From a virus, in IMG/VR virus record IMGVR_UViG_3300028654_000018, positions 4,508 through 68,507 of that record: a stretch of 64,000 nt of DNA; one strand, given 5' to 3'. The notes beneath the pieces are model-generated. The model searched no databases, was not told the DNA's origin, and saw nothing but the letters and a program-made list of their open reading frames with translations. The translations under genes and the position numbers were made by a program. How positions within the stretch are numbered: the stretch's first letter is position 1; every line of letters begins with the position of its first letter. This document shows positions 21,009-33,900 of the stretch, piece after piece.

Positions 21009-22225
21009 TATTTTTCCTTTTCTTAGTTGGTAATCCATGTAATTTAGCAAATCCCACCGGCACATTTTTTGTTATATCATCATAAAAATATAATGAGAAA
21101 AATGCATAATCAGCGGGGCATTTTGGGTATATTCTAAATGTGATTCTATTATAAAGACGACTACGATTTTTGATCTTTCTTATCTTTCTTATATTAACTT
21201 CTATGCCAATTTCTTTCAATAATATTTTGAGGCCACAAATAGAAACATCGTGGTGGCCTGGCGCAGCGATAAAGCCATAATCGGCATACATATCAATCAT
21301 CTTAAATGGTTCTTGCGCAACACCTAAAGCAGACTTTGAATATAAAATAGGATATTTTGCCACGGCATAATCATCGCCACCATTTAATTTAAATCGAAGA
21401 GTGAGATTCACCGTATATTTTTCTCTATCATAGAAAATGTCACGTGCTGTACTACACCAATTATCTCTAATCCATTTATCTGCTCGTTTGCTTTTTATCT
21501 TCACCAAATTCATATAATAAACTCGCTAAAATAAACCTGAAACATTGCTAATTCATCGACTGATGTAAACTCAATATAAAATCGTGATATATTGATTTTG
21601 TTTGGATCTTCATGCAAAATATAATCTTTGAATCCATATAATTCCATTTTCTTTTTTAACACTGCAATATCAAAATCATTATGCTGCGTGATGTGAACAG
21701 TTCCTTGATCATCAATTGTCATTTCCAGTGGAATACCGCCTCGACCAAATTCGCCCAATGGTATAAGATTTCTTATTTTAGCATCTATCTCACGATATAA
21801 AATATAGTCAGATTTTTGATGCCAAAATACTTCTATATGTTCCCATGGACCTTCTAATTTGATTTTATTTTTTGTCGTGATTTTCTTCATTTATATCCAG
21901 AAATCATTTCATTAAAGTATAGTTTAAAGACTGCGGCTTCTCCAGAATCTTCTATTGTATAAAGATACGTGCCCATCGATCTGCTTTTTTTAATAGATAC
22001 TAAGCCAAGTTCTTTTATTTTGCTTTCGACCATCATACAAAATGATTCTCCGCGGCAAGTAAAAGAATTATCGGTATAACTGGCAAGAGGTAAAGAATTT
22101 GATAGATATGTATTGACCCAATTTCCCGCTAGATAAACAAAAATTTGTCCAGTATTAGAATCGATATAATACTCTCCGTTTTTTGGATTTGGGGATTTTG
22201 AATAAATGCTCAACATTAACCCCAC
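20995..22225 (-). CDS. Three small hypothetical proteins with D/E-x-A-x-F-x-L-Y-F C-terminal motif (20995-21513, 21510-21890, 21887-22225)
   Basis: Overlapping start/stop codons; shared C-terminal motif. Confidence 0.6.
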
Positions 22226-24936
22226 TCGAACAGATTTTCTAAAACTGCGCCTTCTTTAGAACGTGACAAATCCCAATTTAAAACTCCGATAATATTTTCA
22301 ACTTTTTGATCAATGATTCCTTCTACCATAAGTTCTGTATCAAATGGAAGTGATGTAAACCATTCGGGCAAATTCATTTGATCGATTGGATATGCGATTG
22401 AAGTCATTCCAAATGGATTATTTTTAAGCTTGCAAACAATTATCTTGGAACCATCTATGATTCGGATAGAATTAACATCCGTGTTCACTTCGCGCAACTT
22501 GTTCCAATTAAGTGATGCTCTAACATGCCCAGGAACAGTAATTGTCTTTCCATTTTCATCTTTGCCATTTTTAAATACGACAACATCATGATAGTGCTTT
22601 AAATTATTAACTCGCTTTGGCGAACCTTGCTCCCATGCTTTTAATTCTGCAAATTCTTTACGCATTTCTTTGATAAAGTCAACAGTTGCATCTTCATTGT
22701 ATTTGTCAAGCACCATAATTAACATTTCTTCGAGTTTAGATTGCACCCATTCTGGCGTATCTGATCGCTCAGTTTCCATTCCCATGATCTTAATTTCGCC
22801 TGGGCTTCCATTCGTATCTTTACGTTTACCTTCTTTATCATATACTAATGCCGCATAACGTTTTTTCTTAACGAACATTGCTCTCGTAGCGCAAATTTCT
22901 CTGCCGCATTTAATAACTTCGCCGTTTTCTAATGGAACATTATAATTTTTATGTAAAAAATCCGCAAATGTTGTGTTAACTTCATCTGTAACAGAGTCCG
23001 CCAATTCCACAAAAGATTCTTTAGTAATTTCAAATCCATTTTGCTTCAACACATCAATAACGGGTTTTAATGTAATGAAGGCTGAGTCTGTGTCACCATA
23101 TGCTATGACATTTCCAAATTCATAATTTCCTGTTAGAATTTCATTTAGTTTGGACATCATGTGCCGTGTAATGCAACGTCCAGTTAAAGTGCAAGATTGA
23201 CCCATGCGCTGATCAAAAAATCTTGATCCAGCATTCGTGACTGCGCCATATAATGAATTTAGCATGATCTTAACCACATATTGTCGCTTATCCCAATAAT
23301 CTATTTCTTGTTTAACTTTGACAAGATCATGCGTCGTTGTCAATGATTCCTGTAGCTCTTTCTTCTTTGCTTGATACTCCTTACGTTCCGCATACCATCT
23401 CGCTAGAAGTCCTGGAATAATACCATCTATATCTGTTCTAAAAATAGTACCGTTAGCACTTATAAGCCAATTATTAGCTTTTATCTTCGACCATATCTGT
23501 GCCGCAGTTAAATTTTGTTTTGTTCCATCATCTAAATCCAACGTTAATTCTACGGAAGACTGTTTTTGTATCTCTACTATCTCTGCTACTTGAAATACTC
23601 CGGCCCACTTATCTGTATTAGTTAAACCTTTGTTTCCTTTACTCTTTTTATGCGAAGTTTGACTTTCTGTTAAATCTTGACGAACTTGTCCAATGATAGT
23701 TTCGGGACTCATATTCAATGCACGAAAAGTAGAAGGATATAGACTGTTAATATCTACCGATGCAACCCAGTCGTACATCCCAGGAACTGGAGTTAAAACA
23801 AACGCGCCGGCAATTTGTGTATCTTTGGCTTCTTCTTCATTATCAAATGATCTAATTCTACTTGGTACTACCATATTACGATTGTGCGCCTCAAGAATAA
23901 TAGCATTGTCGGATAATGCTACTGCTCCCATCACAATAGGAAGTGGTACTAAATTTTCATGCGCGATAAAGTTTACCAAGTCGATGAACTTATTTTTTTC
24001 ATCAATCTTACGTAAAAGCTCAACGTCCTGACGAGAATATTCTATAAACTTTTCAAAATCATCATTATATAGTTGATCTAATGTACCCGAGTATTGTGTT
24101 TTTGTTTCACCTACTTCAATTTGCCCGACATAATCTAAACGATAGCTCGGCAATTCATGATACGTATATTTTCGGTATAGTTCGAGATAATCTAGATGCA
24201 AACGTCCAGAAAATTCATATGAGTGAACAATTTCACCATACTTTTCGAATTCTTTTTGTCGTGGATATTGTTTCCATAATGACATACGTGCGGTATCTGC
24301 TTTGCCGCGAACTTTTTGAATACGATGCACAGTATATGGAACGTCGAATGCCGTTGAATTCCAGCCAGAAAATACATCGGCATCTTCTATGAGATTTAAA
24401 AATATGTCTAGAAGTTGTGATTCAGACTCACACAGAATAGTATTTTCAAATTTGTTTGCGATTTGTCTAGCGTCGATTTCTTTCATTAACTTTGGTTTTA
24501 AAACAACTGTGTGTAACTGTTTAGTCCAAGATTGATAAACTGAAATTGCAGTAATCGGCATAAATGCTTCATCAGTAGATGAATATCCACGCAATGGATC
24601 AAAATCTACTTCGATATCCCAGAGAGCTACATTAAGTGTGGGTTCTGCCGTACCTTTATAAAATTGTTCTAGGGATTTCATAATAGGCTTAACATCTGCT
24701 TCGAATGTTTTTCTTCCGGTACTTTGTATCGACGCAACTTCTTGCTTATATGCGGAGAAATTCCCCGTCTCATATTTTGAACATTTTATGCCAGATGTAG
24801 ATTTATAAACGCCCGCTGGATCCTCAAAATAAAAGAAAAAATCCGGTTGGTGGCGCTTAATAACACGCTGGCCATTAACTCGTTCTGAAACAAGCATAAC
24901 ATTATTCTTTGAATCGTGATAGATATCTACGAACAC
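22216..24936 (-). CDS. DNA polymerase family B
   Basis: Exonuclease DIEVD, GWNSTAFDVPY, YSRQDV; polymerase DINSLYPS, KIMLNSLYG, YGDTDS, KKRYA; no intein or intron seen. Confidence 0.97.
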   Translation of the reverse strand: MFVDIYHDSKNNVMLVSERVNGQRVIKRHQPDFFFYFEDPAGVYKSTSGIKCSKYETGNFSAYKQEVASIQSTGRKTFEADVKPIMKSLEQFYKGTAEPTLNVALWDIEVDFDPLRGYSSTDEAFMPITAISVYQSWTKQLHTVVLKPKLMKEIDARQIANKFENTILCESESQLLDIFLNLIEDADVFSGWNSTAFDVPYTVHRIQKVRGKADTARMSLWKQYPRQKEFEKYGEIVHSYEFSGRLHLDYLELYRKYTYHELPSYRLDYVGQIEVGETKTQYSGTLDQLYNDDFEKFIEYSRQDVELLRKIDEKNKFIDLVNFIAHENLVPLPIVMGAVALSDNAIILEAHNRNMVVPSRIRSFDNEEEAKDTQIAGAFVLTPVPGMYDWVASVDINSLYPSTFRALNMSPETIIGQVRQDLTESQTSHKKSKGNKGLTNTDKWAGVFQVAEIVEIQKQSSVELTLDLDDGTKQNLTAAQIWSKIKANNWLISANGTIFRTDIDGIIPGLLARWYAERKEYQAKKKELQESLTTTHDLVKVKQEIDYWDKRQYVVKIMLNSLYGAVTNAGSRFFDQRMGQSCTLTGRCITRHMMSKLNEILTGNYEFGNVIAYGDTDSAFITLKPVIDVLKQNGFEITKESFVELADSVTDEVNTTFADFLHKNYNVPLENGEVIKCGREICATRAMFVKKKRYAALVYDKEGKRKDTNGSPGEIKIMGMETERSDTPEWVQSKLEEMLIMVLDKYNEDATVDFIKEMRKEFAELKAWEQGSPKRVNNLKHYHDVVVFKNGKDENGKTITVPGHVRASLNWNKLREVNTDVNSIRIIDGSKIIVCKLKNNPFGMTSIAYPIDQMNLPEWFTSLPFDTELMVEGIIDQKVENIIGVLNWDLSRSKEGAVLENLFEWG

Positions 24937-25126
24937 CGTGAATCCTTTTTGAAATTTATATATTATTATAGCAAAGAGATACTAAGAAGAGCAAATTTTT
25001 AATTGAAAATTAACTGTGGTATGTGAGAAATACCTACGGCAACAAATACGAAGAAACCGATGATAGTAACAATTATTGCTGCTCCTACTATAGTTGCTTC
25101 TGTATCTGATATTTCTTTAAAATTTT

Positions 25127-26308
25127 TCATAGCAATTCATAGTCGTGTAGTTTGATAACTTCTTTCATTGCCCAATCAAGCCATGTAGTCAATATAGCAA
25201 TATCGTTACTTTCGACTGTTGGCCCGCACCAAATGCGAAATCCTGGTGGAGAACGCGCATAAGCATTGACATCAAAACCTACGCCTTCAATTTCTAATAC
25301 CAATGATACCTTTTTACAAAATTCATGCTGCTCATCTACTGTTAACTTCTGCGTTAGCGGTCCTATCAATTTTAAACACACCGAAGTTGGCGATCTAATA
25401 CTTTTATCTTGGCAAAGAAAATCTAACCATGTAGAACTTTCTACCCACGCACTCAATATATTAAAATTTGACATGGTTCTATCATGAAGACCGCCAACAC
25501 CACCAATACTTCTTGCCCACTCCATTGCATAAAGAACGTCTTCGACGCATAGCATAGACGGAGTATTAAGTGTTATACCGTCGAATATACCGAAATTAAC
25601 AACACAGTTATCAGCTAAACGAAACACTTTTGGTATCGGCCACGTGGGTTTATGTGTTTCTAAGCGTTCGATTGCCCTCGGAGATAAAACTAAAATTCCA
25701 TGCGCTGCTTCGCCTCCTAAAACTTTCTGCCAACTAAATGTAGTTGCATCTAGTTTGTTCCATGGCATTTTTATTGCGCCTGCTGATGATACAGCATCAC
25801 ATATGACTAATCCTGTGCGATCATCAGAAATCCAGTCGGCATTCGGTACCATAACACCGGATGATGTTCCATTCCATGTAAACACAATGTCGTTATTTGG
25901 ATTTGCTTTAGACAAATCTGATATTTTACCGCGATTTTCTAATTCTAATTCATAACTGTTAACTTTTAGTGATGATAATTGATTAACACAATCTTGCCTC
26001 CAAATATGACCGAAAGCTTCCCATGCAAACACATCAACTTCTCTAGGGCCAAGCAATGACCAAAGAGCAGCTTCTACCGTTCCTGTATCTGATCCAGGTA
26101 TAATTCCGATATGATAGTTGCTCGGAATATCTAGCAATTCACGTGTCTCATCGATAACTTGTTTTAATTTATCTCTACCTAATTTTGAACGATGCGAGCG
26201 TCCGAGTGCAGCCGTCTTTAAAATTTCATCTGAAAATCCAGGATGTTTGTTACACGGCCCACAAGAAAAATTCGGAGATGATGGTTTAATAGTTGGTTTA
26301 GTTGTCAT
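25127..26308 (-). CDS. serC: Phosphoserine aminotransferase (Methanosarcina/alphaproteobacterial type)
   Basis: PNFSCGP, GRSHRS, GSDTG, FTWNGTSSGV, FSWQKVLGGEAAHG (PLP lysine), NTPSML, RIWCGPTVE. Confidence 0.93.
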   Translation of the reverse strand: MTTKPTIKPSSPNFSCGPCNKHPGFSDEILKTAALGRSHRSKLGRDKLKQVIDETRELLDIPSNYHIGIIPGSDTGTVEAALWSLLGPREVDVFAWEAFGHIWRQDCVNQLSSLKVNSYELELENRGKISDLSKANPNNDIVFTWNGTSSGVMVPNADWISDDRTGLVICDAVSSAGAIKMPWNKLDATTFSWQKVLGGEAAHGILVLSPRAIERLETHKPTWPIPKVFRLADNCVVNFGIFDGITLNTPSMLCVEDVLYAMEWARSIGGVGGLHDRTMSNFNILSAWVESSTWLDFLCQDKSIRSPTSVCLKLIGPLTQKLTVDEQHEFCKKVSLVLEIEGVGFDVNAYARSPPGFRIWCGPTVESNDIAILTTWLDWAMKEVIKLHDYELL

Positions 26309-26810
26309 TTTTCAAACTCTCCCAATAAAATTGAAATGTTGCTTTATCTTCTACGCTGTCAAAAATTAGTTTCACCTCATCAGAATCAATATTTGGGATT
26401 ACACGGCGCTTTGATGGGAATATGTGCCACTTAACTGTTGGCTGTGCATCAACTGATATATTATGTTCCGTCAATATACTATAGATTAGTAATCCTTCAT
26501 TAAAAGATACAGATTTTATTATCATTTCATTGTCCGTACAAATGAGATGATTTTTATTTTCAATCTCATAGAATGGTATATCTTCTCTTATTCCATCTAA
26601 AATATCTACTATAATAGTATAGAACATAGTCAAGATAGAAATGCCAATTCCCAAAACTGTAATAGGGAAAAAAACTATCAATGCTACGCCATTCAATATT
26701 CCCCGATCCGTAACAGCAGTAAAAAGATACGCCATAATAAGAATAATTACGGCAGATGCGGCGGCACCATAATAAAACATCGCGGGAATATTGCTAAAAA
26801 ATTCAAACAT
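26298..26810 (-). CDS. Membrane protein with C-terminal DxAxF motif
   Basis: Two hydrophobic helices; FDSVEDKATFQFYW. Confidence 0.55.
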   Translation of the reverse strand: MFEFFSNIPAMFYYGAAASAVIILIMAYLFTAVTDRGILNGVALIVFFPITVLGIGISILTMFYTIIVDILDGIREDIPFYEIENKNHLICTDNEMIIKSVSFNEGLLIYSILTEHNISVDAQPTVKWHIFPSKRRVIPNIDSDEVKLIFDSVEDKATFQFYWESLKNDN

Positions 26811-27144
26811 CGTCGGATTTCCTCACTTCACTATTTTGAACAGTGAAACCAGTCGGATATCTTGCAGTAAGCTTATCTATATTACACTGAATAACTTCTT
26901 CGAGTGTAACATCAAGAGCAATAGCTGCCACTGCCGCATAGAATAAAACATCGCCTAATTCTTTTTTAAGATGTTCTTTGTCTAGTGTCTTGCCCTGATA
27001 CAAAACTTTTTTATTATGTTCTGAGAATTCTGCGGCTTCACCATTGAGACCATAGCAGGCAGTTCCCAGCGGATCTTTTATTGATGCTGGAGATAAACGT
27101 GATCTTACAAATTCGACGTAATCTACTAGAAAATTATCAGTCAC
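26803..27144 (-). CDS. MazG-like NTP pyrophosphohydrolase
   Basis: GLNGEAAE, KELGDVLFY, NIDKLTARYP. Confidence 0.9.
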   Translation of the reverse strand: MTDNFLVDYVEFVRSRLSPASIKDPLGTACYGLNGEAAEFSEHNKKVLYQGKTLDKEHLKKELGDVLFYAAVAAIALDVTLEEVIQCNIDKLTARYPTGFTVQNSEVRKSDDV

Positions 27145-27154
27145 GATTATCCTT

Positions 27155-27523
27155 CTATTTTTGTGTTTTCAAAAAAGCAATAATATCTGCACGTTTTTGT
27201 GCATCACTAATACTAAAGTTCATTCTTTGTCCTGGTATAAAACTAGCAGGACTTGTCAACCACTTATCTAAATTTTCTTCGGTCCAAATAACAGTAGAAT
27301 TTTTCAAAGCATTAGAATAGGTAAATCCTTGCGCTGATCCTACTTTACGTCCATACACTCCGGCTAAATTCGGCCCAACTCTATTTGACGTTAGTGAATG
27401 ACATGCCGTACAATGATGCTCAAATAGCGACTCACCATTACTCGCATCTCCGACCAAATTATCCGCAAATGCTGCATTGCTAAAAAGAAAAAGACATGCA
27501 GTTGCAAAGATAATTTTTTTCAT
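27155..27523 (-). CDS. Class I cytochrome c (c2-like), secreted
   Basis: Signal peptide ending AFA, CTACH haem motif, VGPNL-x-GV-x-GR, PGQRM axial Met, RADIIAFL. Confidence 0.93.
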   Translation of the reverse strand: MKKIIFATACLFLFSNAAFADNLVGDASNGESLFEHHCTACHSLTSNRVGPNLAGVYGRKVGSAQGFTYSNALKNSTVIWTEENLDKWLTSPASFIPGQRMNFSISDAQKRADIIAFLKTQK

Positions 27524-27798
27524 ATCGTCCCACGTGTTGGCTGATCCGAATAATTAGCAATGAAATCTTTTAGAATTTCAACGATAAATGCGTTTAATGT
27601 TATATCGCGTTTATGAGCTTCTAATGCCAGAAACAAAATTTCGTCAGTTGATAGATCGAGTTCTATTGTTGACATAGTTTCTGTTTCATGAAGCATAGAT
27701 TTCGGAGATTCAGGACGTTCTGTAATTTGCGACTCATGCGGATTTTGTCCACCCTTATTGACATAGCCGCCTAGTTGATCATTAGTTGATATAGTCAT
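27520..27798 (-). CDS. Ribbon-helix-helix (HicB-like) small protein
   Basis: LALEAHKRDITLNAFIVEIL. Confidence 0.45.
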   Translation of the reverse strand: MTISTNDQLGGYVNKGGQNPHESQITERPESPKSMLHETETMSTIELDLSTDEILFLALEAHKRDITLNAFIVEILKDFIANYSDQPTRGTI

Positions 27799-27972
27799 AT
27801 TTTCTCTCTTAGATTTTTTTATTAATAACAAAAAGACTTATGGTAATAACACCAATACTGCCAAGAATTCCAGCGGCATCGTGTGCATAAACACTTAGTA
27901 CTCCGGCAACTATGCCCAAAACTAAAGCCAAATTTAAGATTTTATTTTTCATGTTTTCTCTCCTGTTGATTA

Positions 27973-28227
27973 TTACGATTTCTTCCCACCTGCAACCAAA
28001 ACTTCTTCAACTTCGGTCATGCTGTTCTGCATTTCTGGCAAATTTCTCTTATGTGCTACTTTGATAGCGCGATTGATGACAGAAGGCTTGACTTCAATCT
28101 GTTCTGAAAGTGCCTTCACATCTTCCTTTAGACTTTCCTTAAGTTCTTGAATTTGTTGAAGAACATTGACGCCCTCTTCGAGAACATGTTTGATCATTGC
28201 CTTTTCTTCTGCTGATAAATTACGCAT
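27973..28227 (-). CDS. Small dsDNA-binding protein (T4 DsbA/GapR-like)
   Basis: Coiled coil followed by VKPSVINRAIKVAHK; GAGG SD. Confidence 0.5.
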   Translation of the reverse strand: MRNLSAEEKAMIKHVLEEGVNVLQQIQELKESLKEDVKALSEQIEVKPSVINRAIKVAHKRNLPEMQNSMTEVEEVLVAGGKKS

Positions 28228-28575
28228 AGATTATACCTCAGTTAAGTTTATGAAATGTTAATAATTTTATTATAGACGGATGAATTTAAAAACTCAAATT
28301 ATTTTTCTTGGCGGGCGTCAAATACTTCATATGCCAAATATAAAATAATGCCAATTGCCGCAACAAATATAGTGCAAATACCGACATCTTTTAAAAAATC
28401 ATAGATTACTTGCATTGTCATCTCCTCTGGTAACAAAAACAAATGTTATAATAGCTAAAATCATTACATCAACAGAAAGAAGTGGATATTTTGCGATCAT
28501 ATCAAAATAAATCCAAGCCCATAATGATGCTGCTACCATCAATACGATAAATGTTTTTCTGGTAAAATTGAACAT

Positions 28576-29817
28576 TTACAACCACAAATTACGATAGTGT
28601 TTTATGAAAGAATCCATGCCCTCTTCGATCATACGTTCTGCTCTGTGACTTCTATTATCTAATTTATAATATTTTTCATCATCTGCGATTAGTTCAAACG
28701 CCGCTATCATTTTGGCGACTTCTCTTTCCCATTGCTTTGCTGTAAGCTGCGATGGATGACTATTCATCTTAGTTTTAAAATATTTTAGACGGGGAAGCAT
28801 ATATTTTGCGAAACTTTGGTCTAAAGCCCACGTATCAGACGGATTAAATCCTAGACGCGCACGATGCACAGTACAATTCATGCATGAACGATAGAACATT
28901 CGCACATTACTGCGATAATATCTTACATCCCAACAAAATTCTTCCCATCTATACAAGAGATATTCGAGTACAATTTTCTTTTTTTCTGAGAAATTAATCA
29001 TAGTAATACTATAATCCTAAATGATTTGGAAGTCAATAATTAGTACGAAGTCGATATTTAAATGAACTTGGTCAGAAGTGTAATGAACGTCAAAAGTTGA
29101 ATCACCATAATAATGACCGGCATTATTGGGAACAATCTAAAAACGATATAAAAATCTGTCCAGGAACAGACTTGAAAAAAGTTAATCAATGCCTCGATTT
29201 GTTCAGGTTTAATATCATAGCTGTTATTAGAGATACCGGCAAACTTCATCCCCGATAATATAATGCGTATAAATTCTTTATCATATTTGGCATTATTCGG
29301 ATTACAAAAAGAAGCAATAGGAACTGTCTTTTTACGTGTTGATGCATCTCTACCAAAAACGGTATTAATTTTATGCTTCAATAAACGAATATGTTGCTGA
29401 CGTGTGAAGATCATATTATTATTTTACACAATGCTGTGAATAATGTAAAATAAAAAATGCATAATCTGCATCAGAATTAAATGTAATTTTATATGCTCGT
29501 TTGGTCTCAATATGTACGGCATCGGTTATTTTATTATACTCGATTTTTTTAGCCTTCACTTTCATACCGAGAACATTAAATCTACGACGAAGACACCGCA
29601 TAAAAGAATATGAATCTATCATAGCTAATTCATCGTTCGTTGATGCAAAAATTAATGTATTTTCTTCTTTTGTAAAATGAAAGCACTTATCATCTTCTAA
29701 TACCAACGTTCCATCATGACGAAATATTCCGTTGGTAACTTCATATAGAATATCATTATTGGGATCGTATTGCCAATTGACTCCACTTTTAGCCGTAAAA
29801 AGAATATGTTCCATCAA
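28576..29817 (-). CDS. Three hypothetical proteins (28576-29001, 29058-29414, 29419-29817)
   Basis: ORF track; the last has the DADYAFF motif. Confidence 0.55.
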
Positions 29818-30989
29818 TTAAACTCCGTTGCTTCGCCTTTTCTGAGCAAATATGCCGGAGAAACGAACTTTAGCTGTACACGACCAATCCATTTATTTTC
29901 GCGTTCTACCGCAGTTCTAATTACAATACCCTCACGAATTTGCTTTACGTCATTGATCATTGTATTGCCATCACGAAGTTCAATCATTTTTTCCATAGAG
30001 AATGGCCCATGATAAAGAACAGGAACACGTTTTAATCCAACCGCAGTGATAGCTGTTTCTAATTCAGCATCATTTAAGTAACGTCCAGTAGACGGAGTGC
30101 CAATGAATATATCGAATACTCTGAATTCGGTTCCTTTGACGCCATACTTCAAATCTTGAACATCTCCAAAAATTTCGCCAAGAACATAAACAGATTCTCC
30201 GCTATGCATTTTGCTAATCTCTTTCAATGCCGCCGTCATTGTAAACGTATCATTAAGTTTTGCGAGAAGCTGTTTGTGATATAGATTATTAGCATTAGCA
30301 TCATTATTTTTGAAAAATCTTCCAGCACCAGACATTCCCTTTGACGTGGCAAAAAATTCTCCATCTAAGATTTCAGAATTGTTAAGTCCAGGAACATATG
30401 CCATACATGCCCATGTTCCGTGAAGTTTTTCTGTGACAACTACTTCTTCGCCTTCTTCAAGAACTTTGTCATACTTTTGAATATTTTGAATATCATAATT
30501 TAATGTGATCGCAGGAGCAGAAGCTACCTCGCCTGCCATGTGAACTGGTACTGGCGGATCATATTTTGTGATGCCTAAAAAACCCGCAACATCGATCCCT
30601 TCATCAATGATAAGACGCTGACCAATAAATTCAGCAACAGTGAGGCAAGGGGCACCTGTTTCTGGATGTGTTTCTACTGGATACAAAACCCCTTGTGAAA
30701 AAATCCCGCGCAACCGAATGGCCTTAACACGATCACCTTTGCTACCAGCAAGAGTGCCTTTATTTTCTGCATCTTTCCAAAATCCCATTTTCTTCAACAT
30801 CCATTCCGACAGTACTGCGGCTTCTGGAATATAGACGACCAAATCTCCGGCAGCATAACGATGTGAACCATCTTCTAACTTTGCAGAAATACAGTTATAT
30901 CCACCAATTTTGATAATAGAAAGTCTATCGGCATCAGGATGATGCTCGACCGAGTCGATTTTAACAACTTGAACAGAAAAAGTACTCAT
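29814..30989 (-). CDS. RNA ligase, DRB0094/Rnl2-like family
   Basis: N-terminal HPDADRL OB domain, RLRGIFSQG, motif I EKLHGT, GEIFG, FDI, REGIVIR, LKFVSPAYL. Confidence 0.9.
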   Translation of the reverse strand: MSTFSVQVVKIDSVEHHPDADRLSIIKIGGYNCISAKLEDGSHRYAAGDLVVYIPEAAVLSEWMLKKMGFWKDAENKGTLAGSKGDRVKAIRLRGIFSQGVLYPVETHPETGAPCLTVAEFIGQRLIIDEGIDVAGFLGITKYDPPVPVHMAGEVASAPAITLNYDIQNIQKYDKVLEEGEEVVVTEKLHGTWACMAYVPGLNNSEILDGEFFATSKGMSGAGRFFKNNDANANNLYHKQLLAKLNDTFTMTAALKEISKMHSGESVYVLGEIFGDVQDLKYGVKGTEFRVFDIFIGTPSTGRYLNDAELETAITAVGLKRVPVLYHGPFSMEKMIELRDGNTMINDVKQIREGIVIRTAVERENKWIGRVQLKFVSPAYLLRKGEATEFN

Positions 30990-30998
30990 TATTTTCTC

Positions 30999-33900
30999 CT
31001 ACAAGTCCAATGCTAGTTCAGCGCAATACAACGCAAATTTATGCGTGTAGTCAGAATGACCCATAGCATTAACTTCAACTTTGCGAACATCAAGAAGCGT
31101 GACTGCTTCTTTATTTTTTGCAGCACGAACTGAATTAATCAAGTCGGTCATAAAATTTAGTTCGTGAAGATTCCATTCGAGGATAGTTACGATTTGCTTA
31201 GGACGATATACATGCGGCACTTCAACCGTTCCTAGACGCTGTCCGCGTTCTTTTTGCACAGTTATGAGTTTACTTTCGAAATCTTTGATTGTATTGATGA
31301 AAGTGAACCCAGAATACACGTCTGTAGAATTTTTAGTAAGCATTGTATATCCTCTATATAAATTAAACAATATACATAGCATAACACAGAATAGCATCCG
31401 GTCAAGAAAAAAATAGCACGATTTCTCGTGCTATTTTAACTAATTATTAATTATTACTGAACTATACGCCAATTACCGAAAACATCAAGACATTCAACAT
31501 GATATTCATTAACGATAACTTCTTGACCATATTGATCGTAGCCTAAAATACGGGCAACGTTAAAATCTCTGCAGTATGGTTCGCCAATAATCCAAGCTGG
31601 TGGTGGGAATGCAAAAATCCATGCATGATATTCGCGTCCTTCATGCCTATCTCCGTAGTGACGATCACCATCGTGTCTATCATGTCCGTAATCATGTCCT
31701 CGTCCGCGATCACCGTCAGCAAGAACAGGAGTTGCGATCAAAGCTAGTGCTGCTACGATAATTAAAAGCATCTTTTTCATTTTGGCCTACCTTTCAATAT
31801 TTTTTTGAATGTACTCATACTACAATAATCTACTTGCTTTGTCAATTCTATCAAACTATGATGCAACCTTTTGGCCTGGCTTCCTTGACCATTTCGCATA
31901 AGATCACGCTCTAAATCCATATTACGCTCTAATACGAATTCAACTTCGCCACATACTGTTTCGTGACCTTTTTGATATGTTGTTAACAAAAATGATCCTA
32001 GAAACATCATCATCAAAGATAGGAATAATAGTTTGGCTGATCCTGAACCTAAAAAATCATGTGTGCGTTCTAAAAAAGTTTTCATATCACGTGCAATCAG
32101 ATTGATCCCAAAAATCTTTCAAGTGTTTAGCAACATTATGACGAAGATACGATAACAAATCCATATCTCCATTTAACATATCTTTTGCGCCTGCTGCTCC
32201 GTCAATAGTATAATCAATTGCTGCTTCTGTTAAATCACATTTCTTATCCAATGGTAAAGCACCAATATATATTATGCACATAGCAAAAATAATAATCGTG
32301 GCTTCTTTTATCGGACTCATTTTTTGTTGTTGATCCCAAAAATAACACGGTCAACAAAGAAAAATACACATCCACCGCAAATATTTGAAAATAGCAAAGC
32401 CGCAAAAAATGGAAAATTTAAAACATGCAGCGCAAATTGCATCGCAGGATAATAAACTATAATGCCAGATTGCCAACGAATATGATATACGAAAAACTGT
32501 TTCAAAACCGATTTTGTAAAAAAGCCCGTGAATGGATTAATCATATCTGATATCTTCTCCTGATTCGTACCAACGATCCTCATCATAGTTCCAATGTCTG
32601 TGATCATATATCATAACATTAAGCCAAAATAACTTCAATAGAGATAATCTAAACAAAGGGCCGGCGTGATCTTGTTTTCTAGTCCAGCTTAATTTAAATT
32701 CAAAAAAATCTTCTGATAGACCGCTACTATTGCCAAGTTCTAATTGTATCTCGAAGCTTTTATGTTTTGAAAGCTGCACAGTTTTACAAAAAGATGTCAT
32801 TTCTTTTTCTTTCTTTTAACTTTTTTATTTTTCATCTTATAATTAAGAAATTTAAATAAATTTACCAAACTCAATATAAATGATGAAAAAATTACAAATT
32901 CACAAATTGGTCGAAGTGCTTCATAATGATTTCCGATATAACAACTACCGAGTAGTAATATAATTGTCAAATAGTTAATACCGTAGGTATGTTTTATAAA
33001 AAAATCTTTTTTCATTTGTTCCTAATCCGGAATTACTTCGCCACTAAACACGACATTATTGCCGTTGACTTCTTTAGTGCAACCCATGAGCTTCAAATCA
33101 GGAAACATCTTATGATGAATTGAACGAGTTGACAACGCGAGTTGCAAATCATCAGGATCATAAAAGCCAACATCATGATAGACTTCGATTGTCAATGGAA
33201 CATCGCCAGGACTACCAATTGTAGCGAGAGCATGATCAAGAATATCTTGTTTTTGAACATTAGAAAGTTTTAGATCGACATTTTTTACATGGCGTGTTCC
33301 ATCAACAACCGTGTCAACTTTTTCTTTCTTTTTACCGACAACTTTTTTCTTTGGCTTGGCGAAAGGAACCCAACTTTTCTTTTCGATGACATCATCAACT
33401 TCTTCTTCTTTTTGAAAATGAACTTTTACTGAACGTTCGCCTTCATATTTGTCCCAGTCAACATCCACGTTATCGATTAACAATCCGATATCAACGGTTT
33501 CGATCTGTTCTTTTTCATCGTCTGGATTTTTCGCAGGAAGTTCGCGTGATACGCAAATATAAGTCTTGCCGACAAGTTTATTTTCTTCTGACATTTGTAT
33601 CTCCGTTTAAGCAGTTAATAAATTACACTTAATACTAACATATTGGCACTACAAGTCAACTCTTTAATTATTAACTAAAATTTAACGATAAACTGGTATA
33701 TTAGGTCAGATTTATCATAAACACAGTTATATTGTGTTTCGAACGAAATTTTACTCATCACACAATGATCGTTCGCAAAGTCTGGATACGGACTTTTGTG
33801 AACTGCGCGAACATTTAACGCCATTTCGAAGTCGTCGGGATCGAAGGAGTCTATATCCAAATATACTCGTATCTTAAATCTAGACATAGCCAATGATTCT

